Below, in pieces: positions 47,118-62,788 of a DNA stretch of 64,000 nucleotides; the first letter of the stretch is position 1, and the number at the start of each line of letters is the position of its first letter. Source of the stretch: Eledone cirrhosa (lineage: Eukaryota); the NCBI GenBank assembly GCA_964016885.1, contig OZ024754.1, positions 35,836,001-35,900,000 on the forward strand, given 5' to 3'. The translations under genes were made by a program, and so were the position numbers. A model generated the notes under the pieces. It saw only the letters and a list, made by a program, of their open reading frames with translations, ran no database searches and was not told where the DNA came from.

Positions 47118-47930
47118 TACATCCTTCAGCTGCTCAACGTCTACTAAAAGTTGCCTTTCTAAAATTCACATCATTGAACTCATCTGCATACAGTTACTCC
47201 AAATTACACTTCATTCCAACAGACACGCTCATAGGACATATTGTAACGAAAGCGTCATTATACAGATGTAACCATCCTTCTTCGGGATATTTGCTGGAAT
47301 GTTATCATGGATTTAAGACTATTCAACAGAATTCGTAATATAATCGGCTTGTCTCCCCACAACCCCGGCGGACAGAATGGAGAAGGCGTTTCCCACGGAG
47401 GACGGCAAGGGAGAGGCGCTGGAAAAGCCGCTCCAACTCGCAGGGGGCTCACATCTGCGGCTGGCCAGCTCAGCGCCTATGGTGGTGAGTAGAGAAATAT
47501 TTGTGGTAAGACTAGTAAGTTCCAGATCTGTCTGAAAAGGCAGGCGAGACAAACCAGTGTTTCCGTTACAGTTTTGGGAATGGAAGGGGTTAAGTATATA
47601 TATACTGTATATGATATCGTTATTATTAGCTCGCACGGTGGATTGGCAGAATCGGTAGAGCATCAGACACCATTCTTTAATCCCGTCGAGTTTATACAGC
47701 TCATGAACATAACTGGAATTCTATAAGAATCCAGCTCCTATAACTCTCGGCAGAAGCGAAGGTGTATGTAGTCTTGACAAACACAAGTGAGAAACGGTGA
47801 CCGTCGATTATTCCCCTTTGCTTTTGCCGAGACTAAGTATGTGACGTTAGTCACTGCTTTAAAATTCATAGCGAATGGCCTTCAAAATGTTTTAAAATAA
47901 ACATACAATATATTATTAAATATACTATAC

Positions 47931-48118
47931 GGTGGATTGGCAGTATCGGTAGAGGGTCAGACTCTATGCTTTGCAGCATAGCGTTACGGCCCTTTATGAT
48001 CTGAGTTCAAATCCCGCCGAGGTTAACTTTGCCTTTCATCCTTACGGGGATCGATAAAATGAAGTACCAGTAATGTACTGGGTAATTGCTGGCCTTGTGC
48101 CAAAAGTAGAAACAATTA
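47931..48118 (+). mobile_element. SINE-A
   Basis: Match to consensus. Confidence 0.85.
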
Positions 48119-48517
48119 TTAAATATACTATACGTACATTTATATATACATCGCTATTTCAGATCACCAATATTAACTTCAAATATATATATATATGAAA
48201 AGTTTTGCAGTGTTTGTAATGCAAATTTGTGACAGCTATCGGGACCCGAGAGTCACTTACGTGGATAGAAAAATCACATTCTGTCATAAAGTCGTTCAGC
48301 TTTCACCGAGAACCGACGACCAGAAACTTTGACCGTTTCGGTAACAAACCTGCTCACAGCTGCATTATCATACAATGATATAAACACTGGAAATTGCATA
48401 ACTAAATACAACTGGACCCACAGAAATTTGTCACTTCATTTGATAGATAAAAAACGGGGCAGATTTCAGAATCAGCATGTCACCGAGTATAATAATAATA
48501 ATAATAATAATAATATT

Positions 48518-48876
48518 TGTTTCTACTTTTGGCACAAGGCCAGCAATTACCCAGTGCATTACTGGTACTTTATTTTATCGACCCCGTAAGGATGAAAGGC
48601 AAAGTTAACCTCGGCGGGATTTGAACTCAGATCGTAAAGGGACGTAACTATGCTGGAAAGCATGGCGTCCGACGCTCTACCGATACTGCCAATCACCGCA
48701 ATAATAATAATAATAATATTTGTTTCTACTTTTGGCACAAGGCCAGCAATTACCCAGTGCATTACTGGTACTTTATTTTATCCACCCCGTAAGGATGAAA
48801 GGCAAAGTCAACCTCGGCGGGATTTGAACTCAGAATGGCAAGGACCGTAACTCTATGCGTCAAAGCATGGCGTCCG
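48518..48876 (-). mobile_element. Two tandem SINE-A copies (48518-48698 and 48719-48876)
   Basis: Reverse-complement matches with (AAT)n tails. Confidence 0.85.
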
Positions 48877-49099
48877 ATAATGTTGTTGTCTAAAACGGAA
48901 AAATACAGAAATAGAAGTGAAAAATGTATAAAAATGAAAAATAAAGACAAAATATAATAGAAAAACTAAAATCCGAAAATAGGATTGGGATCTAATTGGG
49001 CGTGTTAATTATCTAAACTGCCGTGAACTCTTCACAGAATTGTGTTTATTTTCTGTCAGTAGGCAGTAAAAAAGTGTCTTGGGGAACATTAATGACGGT

Positions 49100-49181
49100 T
49101 AGTGACGGACAGTGACGGACATCGACGGACAGTGACGGACAGTGACGGACAGTGACGGACGGTGACGGTCAGTGACGGACA
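49100..49181. repeat. 10-bp tandem repeat cagtgacgga x ~8
   Basis: Direct inspection. Confidence 0.9.
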
Positions 49182-49295
49182 CGTTGGTACGTTTATTATA
49201 ACATTGCTTTCCACGTTTAAGGTAATTAAATATATTTTATCTAACAAACCTTCTTACACTACTTTTAGGTCTATCTGTTCTCTTCTTTTTCTAAC

Positions 49296-49331
49296 TTTCC
49301 TGAAGAGATACTTCTATCCGAAACGTTGAAT
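49296..49331 (+). ncRNA. Minimal hammerhead motif (degenerate stem I)
   Basis: ttc CTGAAGA gata-cttc-tatc c GAAA cg TT gaa. Confidence 0.6.
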
Positions 49332-49543
49332 CCTCCTCCATTTCCTCCGAGCGTGAACCTGTGTATAATTGTGTAAAATTGCCTCCTGTGTAAAATTGCC
49401 TCCTGTGTTTTGTTTGTTTCAAGCCCCACCGAGGTTAACTTTGTCTTTTATCCTTACGAGGTCGATAAAATAAAGTACCAGTAATGTATTTGGATAACTG
49501 CTGGCCTTGTGCCAACAGTAGAAACATAAATTAACAATATATA

Positions 49544-49574
<31 letters not shown>

Positions 49575-49805
49575 GTGTGTGTGTTTGTGTGTGTACACAC
49601 ACATATATACATATATACATATATATATATATATACACACACACACATATATCCACTTTTCTAAAAAAATAAATCATGCATAAAACGCCAGCATCAGCAG
49701 TTTTCCAAGAGATGCCAACATGAATGGAGCTGTTATTTTTATCTAAAGACATTTTTTCCACTTCCAACCCGCCCGTCCCTTCAATCTATCTTATTTCTCA
49801 TTCTT

Positions 49806-49841
49806 TCTTCTGGTGAAGGACTAGCGTCCGAAACGTTAAGA
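49806..49841 (+). ncRNA. Minimal hammerhead motif with core A6G change
   Basis: tctt CTGGTGA a ggac-tagc-gtcc GAAA cg TT aaga. Confidence 0.7.
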
Positions 49842-49953
49842 CCCCCTTCCTGCTATATCAAGCATTAACCTAATATATGCCTTCCATATACTGCACCGAT
49901 TGTGTTGTTATTTCTGTTTACCTTTTATATACATACATACTTACATACATACG

Positions 49954-50035
<82 letters not shown>

Positions 50036-50058
50036 TATATATATAAGTATATATATAC

Positions 50059-50100
<42 letters not shown>

Positions 50101-50120
50101 GTATGTATATATATATATAC

Positions 50121-50156
<36 letters not shown>

Positions 50157-50178
50157 GTATATATATATATATATATAC

Positions 50179-50230
<52 letters not shown>

Positions 50231-50341
50231 GTATATATATATATATATATATAGTGAAAAATGGAACGGGAACAAGACAGAGAGGCAGTACGAACAAAGG
50301 TTTATTAGTTTCACGCTCTTGAGAGTGGGGTGGTGGTGGGG

Positions 50342-50377
50342 AACGACGTTTCGGGCATAAGCCCTTCTTCAGATATC
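50342..50377 (-). ncRNA. Minimal hammerhead motif (weak stem I)
   Basis: Minus strand: gatat CTGAAGA a gggc-ttat-gccc GAAA cg TC gtt; followed by AATAAA and then (TA)n. Confidence 0.65.
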
Positions 50378-50482
50378 GTCGCGTTCGGAATATTACCTTC
50401 CTATACACCCAGTGTGCTTCTTGCCATGCAGAGGGTACTTCCCTGATTTGTGGTCCTCTCTCCCCGGCTTCAGCAGCGCAGA

Positions 50483-50522
<40 letters not shown>

Positions 50523-50847
50523 GCATATATCTATATATATATATATTTATACACACAAACACACATATACATGTGTAGGCCTGTGTGTATGTGTATGAGA
50601 TATAGATAGGCAGAGAGAATGAAGGATGGAAGTGAGAGAGAGAGATACAAAAATGACTTGGTTGCTCGGTTACATGAAACAGGTCAGTAAATATATGTAT
50701 TGGTAATCAACGAGACACCTTGATTAGGCAGACTCTATCACACACACACACACACACACACAAATATATATATATACATACATGTATATATATATATATA
50801 TATGTATATAATATAAGATCAAAAGATGGTTAAAGGAGTTCCATGTA

Positions 50848-50914
50848 TTTTATTATGCGCATTTCAAAAACAAACATCATCATGCAATAATATTTGTGTT
50901 TTCATCAGATAAAA
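50848..50914 (-). ncRNA. Type I hammerhead ribozyme with long stem II
   Basis: Minus strand: ttttat CTGATGA aaacacaaatattatt-gcat-gatgatgtttgttttt GAAA tgcgca TA ataaaa; palindromic TGCGCA stem III. Confidence 0.85.
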
Positions 50915-51012
50915 CAGGAGAACATGATATGAAGGCTAAAAAACACTTGTGGATAGTGCAGTTTTAAATCAACATATATGTATATATATATATAAATGAA
51001 AATAGAGAAATT

Positions 51013-51200
51013 AATTGTCTCTACTTTAGGCACAAGGCCAGCAATTACCCAGTGCATTACTGGTACTTTATTTCATCGACCCCGTAAGGATGAAAGGCAA
51101 AGTCAACCTCGGCGGGATTTGAACTCAGATCGTAAAGGGACGTAACTATGCTGGAAAGCATGGCGTCCGACCCTCTACTGATACTGCCAATCCACCGCCC
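51013..51200 (-). mobile_element. SINE-A
   Basis: Match to consensus. Confidence 0.85.
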
Positions 51201-51445
51201 TTGAAAATAGAGAAATTAATGTGAGCAAGAAGCCAACAGTAATTCAGACATATAAGTGACTATTACGTCAAGATGGAAAATATTTAACGTAAGATATGGG
51301 AAAATAATTCAATCTCAATTCAAAGAAAGTCAAGACAGAAATTTTATCCACAGATTTTGTGTAATCCGGGGAAAAAACCAATAGAGTCTTAAATCAGAAT
51401 AAAATTAAGGGTAAATACTTATCCTTCAATTTGGAAAAATCTAAA

Positions 51446-51528
51446 AACTCTATATAGTCTTAAAAAGACTATTTCACGAAACTTTTCAGTGGGGTTAGAC
51501 ACGGTTGGAGTCGTTCATCAGTAGAGCT
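51446..51528 (-). ncRNA. Canonical type I hammerhead ribozyme with stable stem III
   Basis: Minus strand: agctcta CTGATGA acga-(31 nt)-tcgt GAAA tagtctt-ttt-aagacta TA tagagtt. Confidence 0.9.
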
Positions 51529-51693
51529 CAACACGATAACTAAGACTCACAGCTAAAATATGCCAAAAGGGAATTTAAAAGCAGGCTAGTTACACCTCGT
51601 GTGGAATTAAGATAATAAACACACATGGAGAACAGGGCTAGTGACGTCAGAATGAGACGAATGACTGTTTACAAGAAGCATATATGTATATGT

Positions 51694-51746
<53 letters not shown>

Positions 51747-51752
51747 CATACA

Positions 51753-51828
<76 letters not shown>

Positions 51829-51893
51829 CATATATATATATATATGTATATATACATACACACACATATATATATATATACATATATTTATAC

Positions 51894-51924
<31 letters not shown>

Positions 51925-51935
51925 CACGTATATAT

Positions 51936-52305
51936 CTGATGATTGCTACTTCTTGTCAGAAGAGTGCCATCCCTTCATTGAACATTGTACAATCATGCGC
52001 ACGCAGGTGACCTTTCAGACCCACTTTTGTTTTGCAGGCACGTTCACAGATGTGACACTTGAACTGTCTGTCTCCTGGCAATAACGTATGGTGTGTGACT
52101 TCCTACATTTTACCATGTCTGATCAGTCCATCAACTGACTTGTAAATTAAGCCACACTCATTGCTAATGTACCGTGGTGTGTGGGGCGGTAGAACTATCT
52201 CACAGGTGGCTCAATTTCTCCATGGTTCATGTGATTTTAGAGGGTCGACAAATCCAGATCTTGATAGAAGAAATCAGCCACATACATTGCACCACATTTC
52301 TTGCA
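51936..52305 (-). pseudogene. Decayed C-terminus with three C2H2 zinc fingers, probably the 3' end of an RTE-clade LINE
   Basis: WCNVCG*FLLSRSGFVDPLKSH; YISNECGLIYKSVDGLIRHGKM*; [23 protein letters not shown]; short 3' UTR then (TA)n. Confidence 0.7.
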
Positions 52306-52382
52306 AGGGTTATAGAACTTACTTGCTTGTTATTGTGTGCCATATGGGTGACATATGGGTGCCATATGTGTATATGTGCGTT

Positions 52383-52452
<70 letters not shown>

Positions 52453-52454
<2 letters not shown>

Positions 52455-52658
52455 AACAAGTAAGACCCCGACGGCTGAGCTCAAGCCGTTTCGACGGCTA
52501 ATTCTGTAAGAATACTCTAAGAGTACAGAATTAGCCGTCGAAACGGCTTGAGCTCAGCCGTCGGGGTCTTACTTGTTCCTATTACCCACTCTACTACCCT
52601 AAGTATTGAGTACTTTGGTGCGTTATGGTCCACCTGGTTCCTTACCACATTTCCTTCG
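52453..52658. mobile_element. Fold-back module with hammerhead 3' half (family C) inserted in (TA)n
   Basis: Perfect ~57-bp arms around a ~17-nt spacer; gtc GAAA cggct-tgagctc-agccg TC ggggtc. Confidence 0.8.
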
Positions 52659-52725
52659 TTATATATATATATATATATATATATACGATATTAATAAATG
52701 GAAACTATATTTATAAAACCATATT

Positions 52726-52790
52726 TATTTCATTATACATATTTCAGGGATACCAAATTAAATTATGGTATGCCTTCATCAGACAAAATA
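52726..52790 (-). ncRNA. Type I hammerhead ribozyme (pLTR family B)
   Basis: Minus strand: tattttgt CTGATGA aggcatacca-taatttaatt-tggtatccct GAAA tatgta TA atgaaata. Confidence 0.8.
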
Positions 52791-52958
52791 CAATATATAA
52801 CAGTTTTACAAATAGCTTTGACGTACCCTTTTAAAATGCAACCATTATTTTTGGAAGCTGTCTGGATAGATATATCTACTCCAAAAACTTGTCGAGTGCT
52901 TTATATCAGTTATAAAAATATTTACTTGTTGTATCCCAACAATTTTAAATAGAACTTT

Positions 52959-53026
<68 letters not shown>

Positions 53027-53194
53027 TGTGTGTATGTGTGTGTGTGTGTGTTCAGAGGTTTGATGGTTGATTAGTCTACATTAATCAGTATTGCCTTTCA
53101 TCCTTACGGGGTCGATAAAATAAAGTACCAGTAATGTACTGGGTAATTGTTGGCCTTGTGCCAATAGTAGAAACAATTAATCAGTATCCACTGA

Positions 53195-54230
53195 GGATGA
53201 AGAACTCAGAGCTGTACTAGAGCCTTCCAAAAGTCAGCTCGAAAGTGACACAGAGGAGACTGAGGTTAGCTGGACATGCTCAACCGACATCCAGAGTTGA
53301 CACTGCACTCAGTGCTCCTGTGGGAACCCCTACATAGACACACTAGGTTAGCTGGACATGCTCAACCGACATCCAGAGTTGACACTGCACTCAGTGCTCC
53401 TGTGGGAACCCCTACATAGACACACTAGGTTAGCTGGACATGCTCAACCGACATCCAGAGTTGACACTGCACTCAGTGCTCCTGTGGGAACCCCTACATA
53501 GACACACTAGGTTAGCTGGACATGCTCAACCGACATCCAGAGTTGACACTGCACTCAGTGCTCCTGTGGGAACCCCTACATAGACACACTAGGTTAGCTG
53601 GACATGCTCAACCGACATCCAGAGTTGACACTGCACTCAGTGCTCCTGTGGGAACCCCTACATAGACACACTAGGTTAGCTGGACATGCTCAACCGACAT
53701 CCAGAGTTGACACTGCACTCAGTGCTCCTGTGGGAACCCCTACATAGACACACTAGGTTAGCTGGACATGCTCAACCGACATCCAGAGTTGACACTGCAC
53801 TCAGTGCTCCTGTGGGAACCCCTACATAGACACACTAGGTTAGCTGGACATGCTCAACCGACATCCAGAGTTGACACTGCACTCAGTGCTCCTGTGGGAA
53901 CCCCTACATAGACACACTAGGTTAGCTGGACATGCTCAACCGACATCCAGAGTTGACACTGCACTCAGTGCTCCTGTGGGAACCCCTACATAGACACACT
54001 AGGTTAGCTGGACATGCTCAACCGACATCCAGAGTTGACACTGCACTCAGTGCTCCTGTGGGAACCCCTGCATGGACACACCACTGGAAGAGGGAGACCG
54101 AGGTTTGGCGTATGTTGATGCCCTAAGGAGAGACACCGGTCTCTTGGAGACGCAGGACATGGCGGCGATGATGAGGGACAGAGACCGCTGGAGAGAACTC
54201 GTCTATGGATCTCGGGAATTTTACCCACCC
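53195..54230 (+). mobile_element. 3' end of an RTE-clade LINE containing an 82-bp x ~10 tandem expansion (53264-54075)
   Basis: NSELY*SLPKVSSKVTQRRLRLAGH / RHPELTLHSVLLWEPLHGHTTGRGRPR / AYVDALRRDTGLLETQDMAAMMRDRDRWRELV. Confidence 0.85.
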
Positions 54231-54417
54231 TATATATATATATATATATATTTAATACATTAACAGAGAAAGCTTTAAGCAATACTCCGACCGGCTTCCG
54301 TCTCACTCAACAAACATTAGGATATACCTTAGTATAATCCCAATTATATGTTTGGGGTGCTAACTATACGTATTTTGCGGATAGCCAGTTGTATTATTTT
54401 ATATGAGACATAATTAA

Positions 54418-54510
<93 letters not shown>

Positions 54511-54957
54511 GTGCAAGATAATTGTGTCTGTAAGCGGAATGCCGGGTGAGCACTCGATGCTCTTGCAGAGCAGAGTATTAATAGTATAAGAATAAAGGAA
54601 CAAAGAATCAGTGTTGCATCATAAGATATTTAACAACATATTACATATGTTTCACTGTCAATCAGCTCGAGGAATGATCTATTCGATTCCAGAGTCAGGT
54701 TCGATCACTGACAGATAAAAGAAGAAGAAGAACAACAACAAAACAAAACAAAGGTTATTCTTAATAGTTTATTTGCAGTGAATTCGAAGTTTCAGCTTGG
54801 TTATGTCATTCAGCTGATTCCTGCAGGGCCTGACTGTATTTTATAGTTTTATGTAGGTCAGTGGTGTGATAGGAGGGTTATAGAACCTACTTGCTTGTTA
54901 TTGTGTGCCATATGGGTGCCATAAGGGTGCCATATGGGTGCCATATGTGCGATTGTG

Positions 54958-54994
<37 letters not shown>

Positions 54995-55338
54995 TCAGAG
55001 GTTTGATGGTTGATTAGTCTTAATTTGGGTGTTTTCAGTGCAAGTGGTTGTGTATGAGTGGGTGTATTTGTGTGTATGCGCGTAAATTTAGTATACGGGA
55101 GGCTGTATGCATATATAGTGGGGGTGGGGTGCGTATATAGCGGGGGTGGGGTCGGGTGGTGGGCGGTATGCGTATATAGCGGCGGGGGGTGTGTGTGTGG
55201 ATATTTTGTAAATGAGACAAGGAATTTTATTTATAGAAAGAAAGAATTTATCGTTTAGGAAAAATCTGTTTCGGATTTTTCTTCTGCCAAGAATTTATTT
55301 GTATTCTGGGAGAAGGTCAAGCATGACTGGTTGAGTTA

Positions 55339-55394
<56 letters not shown>

Positions 55395-55799
55395 ATGTGT
55401 GTGTGTGTGTGAATGTGTGTGTGTCGGTGCATTTGTGTTGCGGTTTAGTAGACTTTTAATAAAAGCAGTGAGTAGGTGATTTAAAAAAAAAAAAATTATT
55501 AGCAAAAATCTTATTTCAAAATACTCAAATATATTTCTAGGATAAAATTGCGTAAACATGATAAACAATTTAATATTTAGACAAACATATAGAAAACAAA
55601 AGTAATATTGGAAAGAACTATAAATGCTATAAATGAGAGGAAAAGTAGGGAAAGAGCAAAGGTTATTAGGCGGCAAAAGAAAGAAAGGGGGAAGGAGAAC
55701 GGGTGACAGACTGTACATCTAAGACAGAGTGGTTTTTGGCTGCACCCCGTGGAATTTATTAGGAATGTATCTATATGGAGGGAATGTATATCTAGAGTG

Positions 55800-56405
55800 G
55801 CTTTGGCCTCCGAACACAAAGGAACCAAACTCCCACCGACACCGTCTCCGCCTCTCCTACTCTCCTCATCTTTTACTATTGTGAGTAAATGGGGGCCCAT
55901 GTACTGGCCGCCCCGCGGCCCCGGCGGACAGAATACAGAAGGCGTTTCCCCGGAGGATGGTAAGGGAGATGCGCTGGACGAGCCATTCCATCTCACGAGG
56001 CTAAACACCTGCGGCTGGCCAGCTCAGCGCCTACGGTAGTGTGTAGGGAGGAGCTCAATCAAATTATTGCACTAGGGCTTGATGAACACAACCACAAGGA
56101 TATGGTCCGGACGTGGAAGAGCCAAACTCCCGCCGTTATCGCCCCCCATCTCTCTGTATGGTGAGCAAATGGGGTCCCACGTGCTGGCCTCCTCACAGCC
56201 CCGGCAGACAGAATAGAGAAAGCGTTTCCCCCGGAGGATGGTAAGGGAGAAGCGGTGGAAGAGCCATTCCATCTCGCGAGACTCACTTGCGGCTGCCTAG
56301 CTCAGCACCTACGGTGATGAGTAGGGGGGTAGCCCTAGGGCCAAGGACACCAGAAGTCTCCACTGCCAAGGGCACGACCGCGAACCTGTCGGAGGGCGAC
56401 CGGTA
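55800..56405 (+). repeat. Two tandem copies of GC-rich dispersed repeat family D
   Basis: ccggc(g/a)gacagaata...gcgtttccccggaggatggtaagggaga...gccattccatctc...gctcagc(g/a)cctacggt repeated. Confidence 0.75.
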
Positions 56406-56715
56406 CTTGGAGAGTTTGGCACCCTCAGCCCGACGTGCAGCGGAACCTGGGGTAGTAGGGAGGTATATAACTATTTCTGTAAAAAATTTATTGACCCCGA
56501 AAAGACGAAGGGTAAAGTTCCCTTAGTAGGATTTGAACTCAAGGAATGCAGAGAACTGGAGCTAATAGAAATACCATTGATGTTTAGTCAGGCCTTGATG
56601 GAATAAACCTTTGACCAAAAGCATTCCAGCAGTGACCACCACTCCATGTGCAAGGAACCTTATCCATTGTTTTCGTAGGGTGTACGATGTGAGGGATTTG
56701 AGGGATTTGGTCTAT

Positions 56716-57455
<740 letters not shown>

Positions 57456-57661
57456 AGAAGCACGTCCTGTGCTGGCGGACATAGAGGTGACAGAAAGGGA
57501 GAGGGTGTAAGTGAAATGGGGGAGGTGATGTGATAGAGAGATGGGGGTGGTGGGGGTGCATATGTATGATTATCTGAGTGTGTGTGCATGTGCATGTCTG
57601 TCTGTATATGTTTATGTATGTATGTGCGTGCACGTGGGTATGTGTGTACATGAGGGGAAGA

Positions 57662-57697
57662 GGGTTAGGGTAAGGGTTAGTTAGATATATTTTGTTT

Positions 57698-57788
<91 letters not shown>

Positions 57789-57792
57789 TATA

Positions 57793-57848
<56 letters not shown>

Positions 57849-57925
57849 ATATATATATGTATTATATATATATATATATATATAGGAAAAAAAATATATC
57901 TAACTAACCCTAACCCTAACCTAAC
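57662..57925. repeat. Inverted ~40-bp arms with TTAGGG repeats flanking (TA)n
   Basis: gggttagggtaagggttagttagatatattttgtttcc-(TA)n-ggaaaaaaaatatatctaactaaccctaaccctaac. Confidence 0.8.
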
Positions 57926-58025
57926 ATATATATATATATAATATATATAATATATATATGTATATATATAATATATATATATGTATATATATAATATATA
58001 TATATGTATATATATATATATAATA

Positions 58026-58105
<80 letters not shown>

Positions 58106-58204
58106 CATACATATATATCTATGCATCTATAGAAAGATATCTATCTTATATGTATGCAATAACGATATATAATATATACATAAATATATATATTATATAT
58201 ATAC

Positions 58205-58378
<174 letters not shown>

Positions 58379-58954
58379 ACGCTTTTATTTTTTTTTAAGA
58401 GAAAATAGCGAAGAAGCTATTTTGGCATTTCGCACTTAAGAAATACCGTTCACGGTTGACTGAGCAACTGATAACTGTACTCATTTCCCATGTGGACTTA
58501 TTCCCTGCCTCCTCTCTTGTTTCTTTCTCTCTTCCTTCCGCCTTCCATCTGCTCTCTCTCGCCCTCTCTCTCTCTGACTTTCTCTCTCACTTTCTCTTTA
58601 TTCTTCATCGCCAATACAATCGAAATCCCCACCACCACCACCACCACCACCACCATATACCAATGTAACTTACGCCATCGTAACTGTCACCAACGCCGTC
58701 ACCAACATAAAACTAAAATCCCAACCACCGCCCCGCCAATTCTCAACACCAACACCAACACCAACACCAACACCAGCACCAACGTGACTACCACCAACAC
58801 CACCATCATCATCGGCATCACTCGTGTTCGCCCCGAGGTACTGGAGCTTCCTACTTTGCCGCCAAAAGTTTCCCCATTGTAAAAGACACGTCTTTAATGA
58901 TTGATAGGATACATAATTTTAACTTGTATCAGCATCAGCTGCAATTGCAGGCTA

Positions 58955-61200
<2,246 letters not shown>

Positions 61201-61326
61201 TTCGTCCTGGCCTAAGGCAGATTTCAAGCTCAGAGAAAATATAATGATATTATTTCGTTTCCTCTGTCCCGCCATTACGTTTCCTGCTTTTACTTGTTAC
61301 CTCCCTTTCGCACACCCAATAGCTCT

Positions 61327-61398
<72 letters not shown>

Positions 61399-61544
61399 GA
61401 TACATAGATAGATTGCTGGCAAAATAACGAGATATTTAGACTGATACATGCACGTGTGTATGTATGTATATATATATATATATATAAATATATATATATA
61501 TATCTGTATATATATATATATATATATAAATATATATATATATA

Positions 61545-61577
<33 letters not shown>

Positions 61578-61729
61578 GCATGTATATATATATATATTTA
61601 TATATCATTACCACTTTATAAGTTTTTCTCTTTCTTTTCTTTACCTCTTTACTCCCTCTCTCTATTTCTCTCTCTCTATTTCTTTCTCACACGCACACAC
61701 ACACTCTCTCTTTCTCTCTCTGACTCTCG

Positions 61730-61776
<47 letters not shown>

Positions 61777-62153
61777 TCTATTACTTCATTTTCTTCACAT
61801 TCCATTCTCCAACTAAACATAATTGCTCGATTTCTACAGATTTACTGATTCCTATCTTCGGTTGGGGGTAAAACCAAAGAGTTAAAGAACCAAACAAACA
61901 AACTAAACAAATGGAATAAAATAACCTAACAAGTTTTTTTTTTAAATCAACAAAAAATGAAAGCAGTAGTTAAACAAAGAAAGAGAGAAAGGATGAAAGA
62001 AAGAGAGAAAGAGAGAAAGAAAGATAGATAGAAAGAAAGAAAGAAAGAAAGAAAGAAGTAAATGTAACTAGGAGCGAAATGTAAAAAGGAGCGATTTGAG
62101 AGAGAGAGGGGTGAAGATAGAGGGGAGAGATAGATAGATAGATAGAAACAAAG

Positions 62154-62184
<31 letters not shown>

Positions 62185-62272
62185 ATGAGAAATTGTAAAC
62201 ACACACTCACACACACACATATATGTGTGTGTGTGTGTGAGTGCTTTTGTTCAATTTTGACACTACAATGAC

Positions 62273-62321
<49 letters not shown>

Positions 62322-62328
62322 TATTAAT

Positions 62329-62510
62329 AATTGTTTCTACTTTAGGCACAAGGCCAGCAATTACCCAGTGCATTACTGGTACTTTATTTTATCGACCCCG
62401 TAAGGATGAAAGGCAAAGTCAACCTCGGCGGGATTTGAACTCATATCGTAAGGGGACATAACTATGCTGGAAAGCATGGCGTCCGACCCTCTACCGATAC
62501 TGCCAATCCA
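62329..62510 (-). mobile_element. SINE-A
   Basis: Match to consensus. Confidence 0.85.
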
Positions 62511-62585
62511 AAATAATGAGTTCAAAACTCAGGCAGTCCTTTACAATGAAATAACCCAAAGAAAGAAGTATTTCTGAGCCGTGTA

Positions 62586-62788
62586 ATACAAGTTAATATA
62601 AATTAATATATTTGATAAACACAAATACCAACATATCCGTGTTTGTATTGTAAATGACTAAGTTAGCTAGAATGAAAAATACTAATTATATTAATACAGT
62701 TTGCCTGTCTCGATTTAAAATAACAAATCAATAAAAACACGGATATGTTGGTATTTGTGTTTATCAAATATATTAATTTATATTAACT

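Noticed and set aside
48255-48352. Minus-strand exon bounded by AG and GTAAGT
   Set aside because: Stop codons in all three frames; no other support.
53181-53263. Hammerhead-like CTGAGGA...GAAA with flanking complementarity
   Set aside because: No UH at the cleavage position, and the stretch translates as RTE LINE coding sequence (NSELY*SLPKVSSKVTQRRLRLAGH).
54637-54720. Hammerhead 3' half on the minus strand (GAAA catatg TA atatg) with a long stem II
   Set aside because: CUGANGA and the matching stem I strand are absent; at most a truncated relic.
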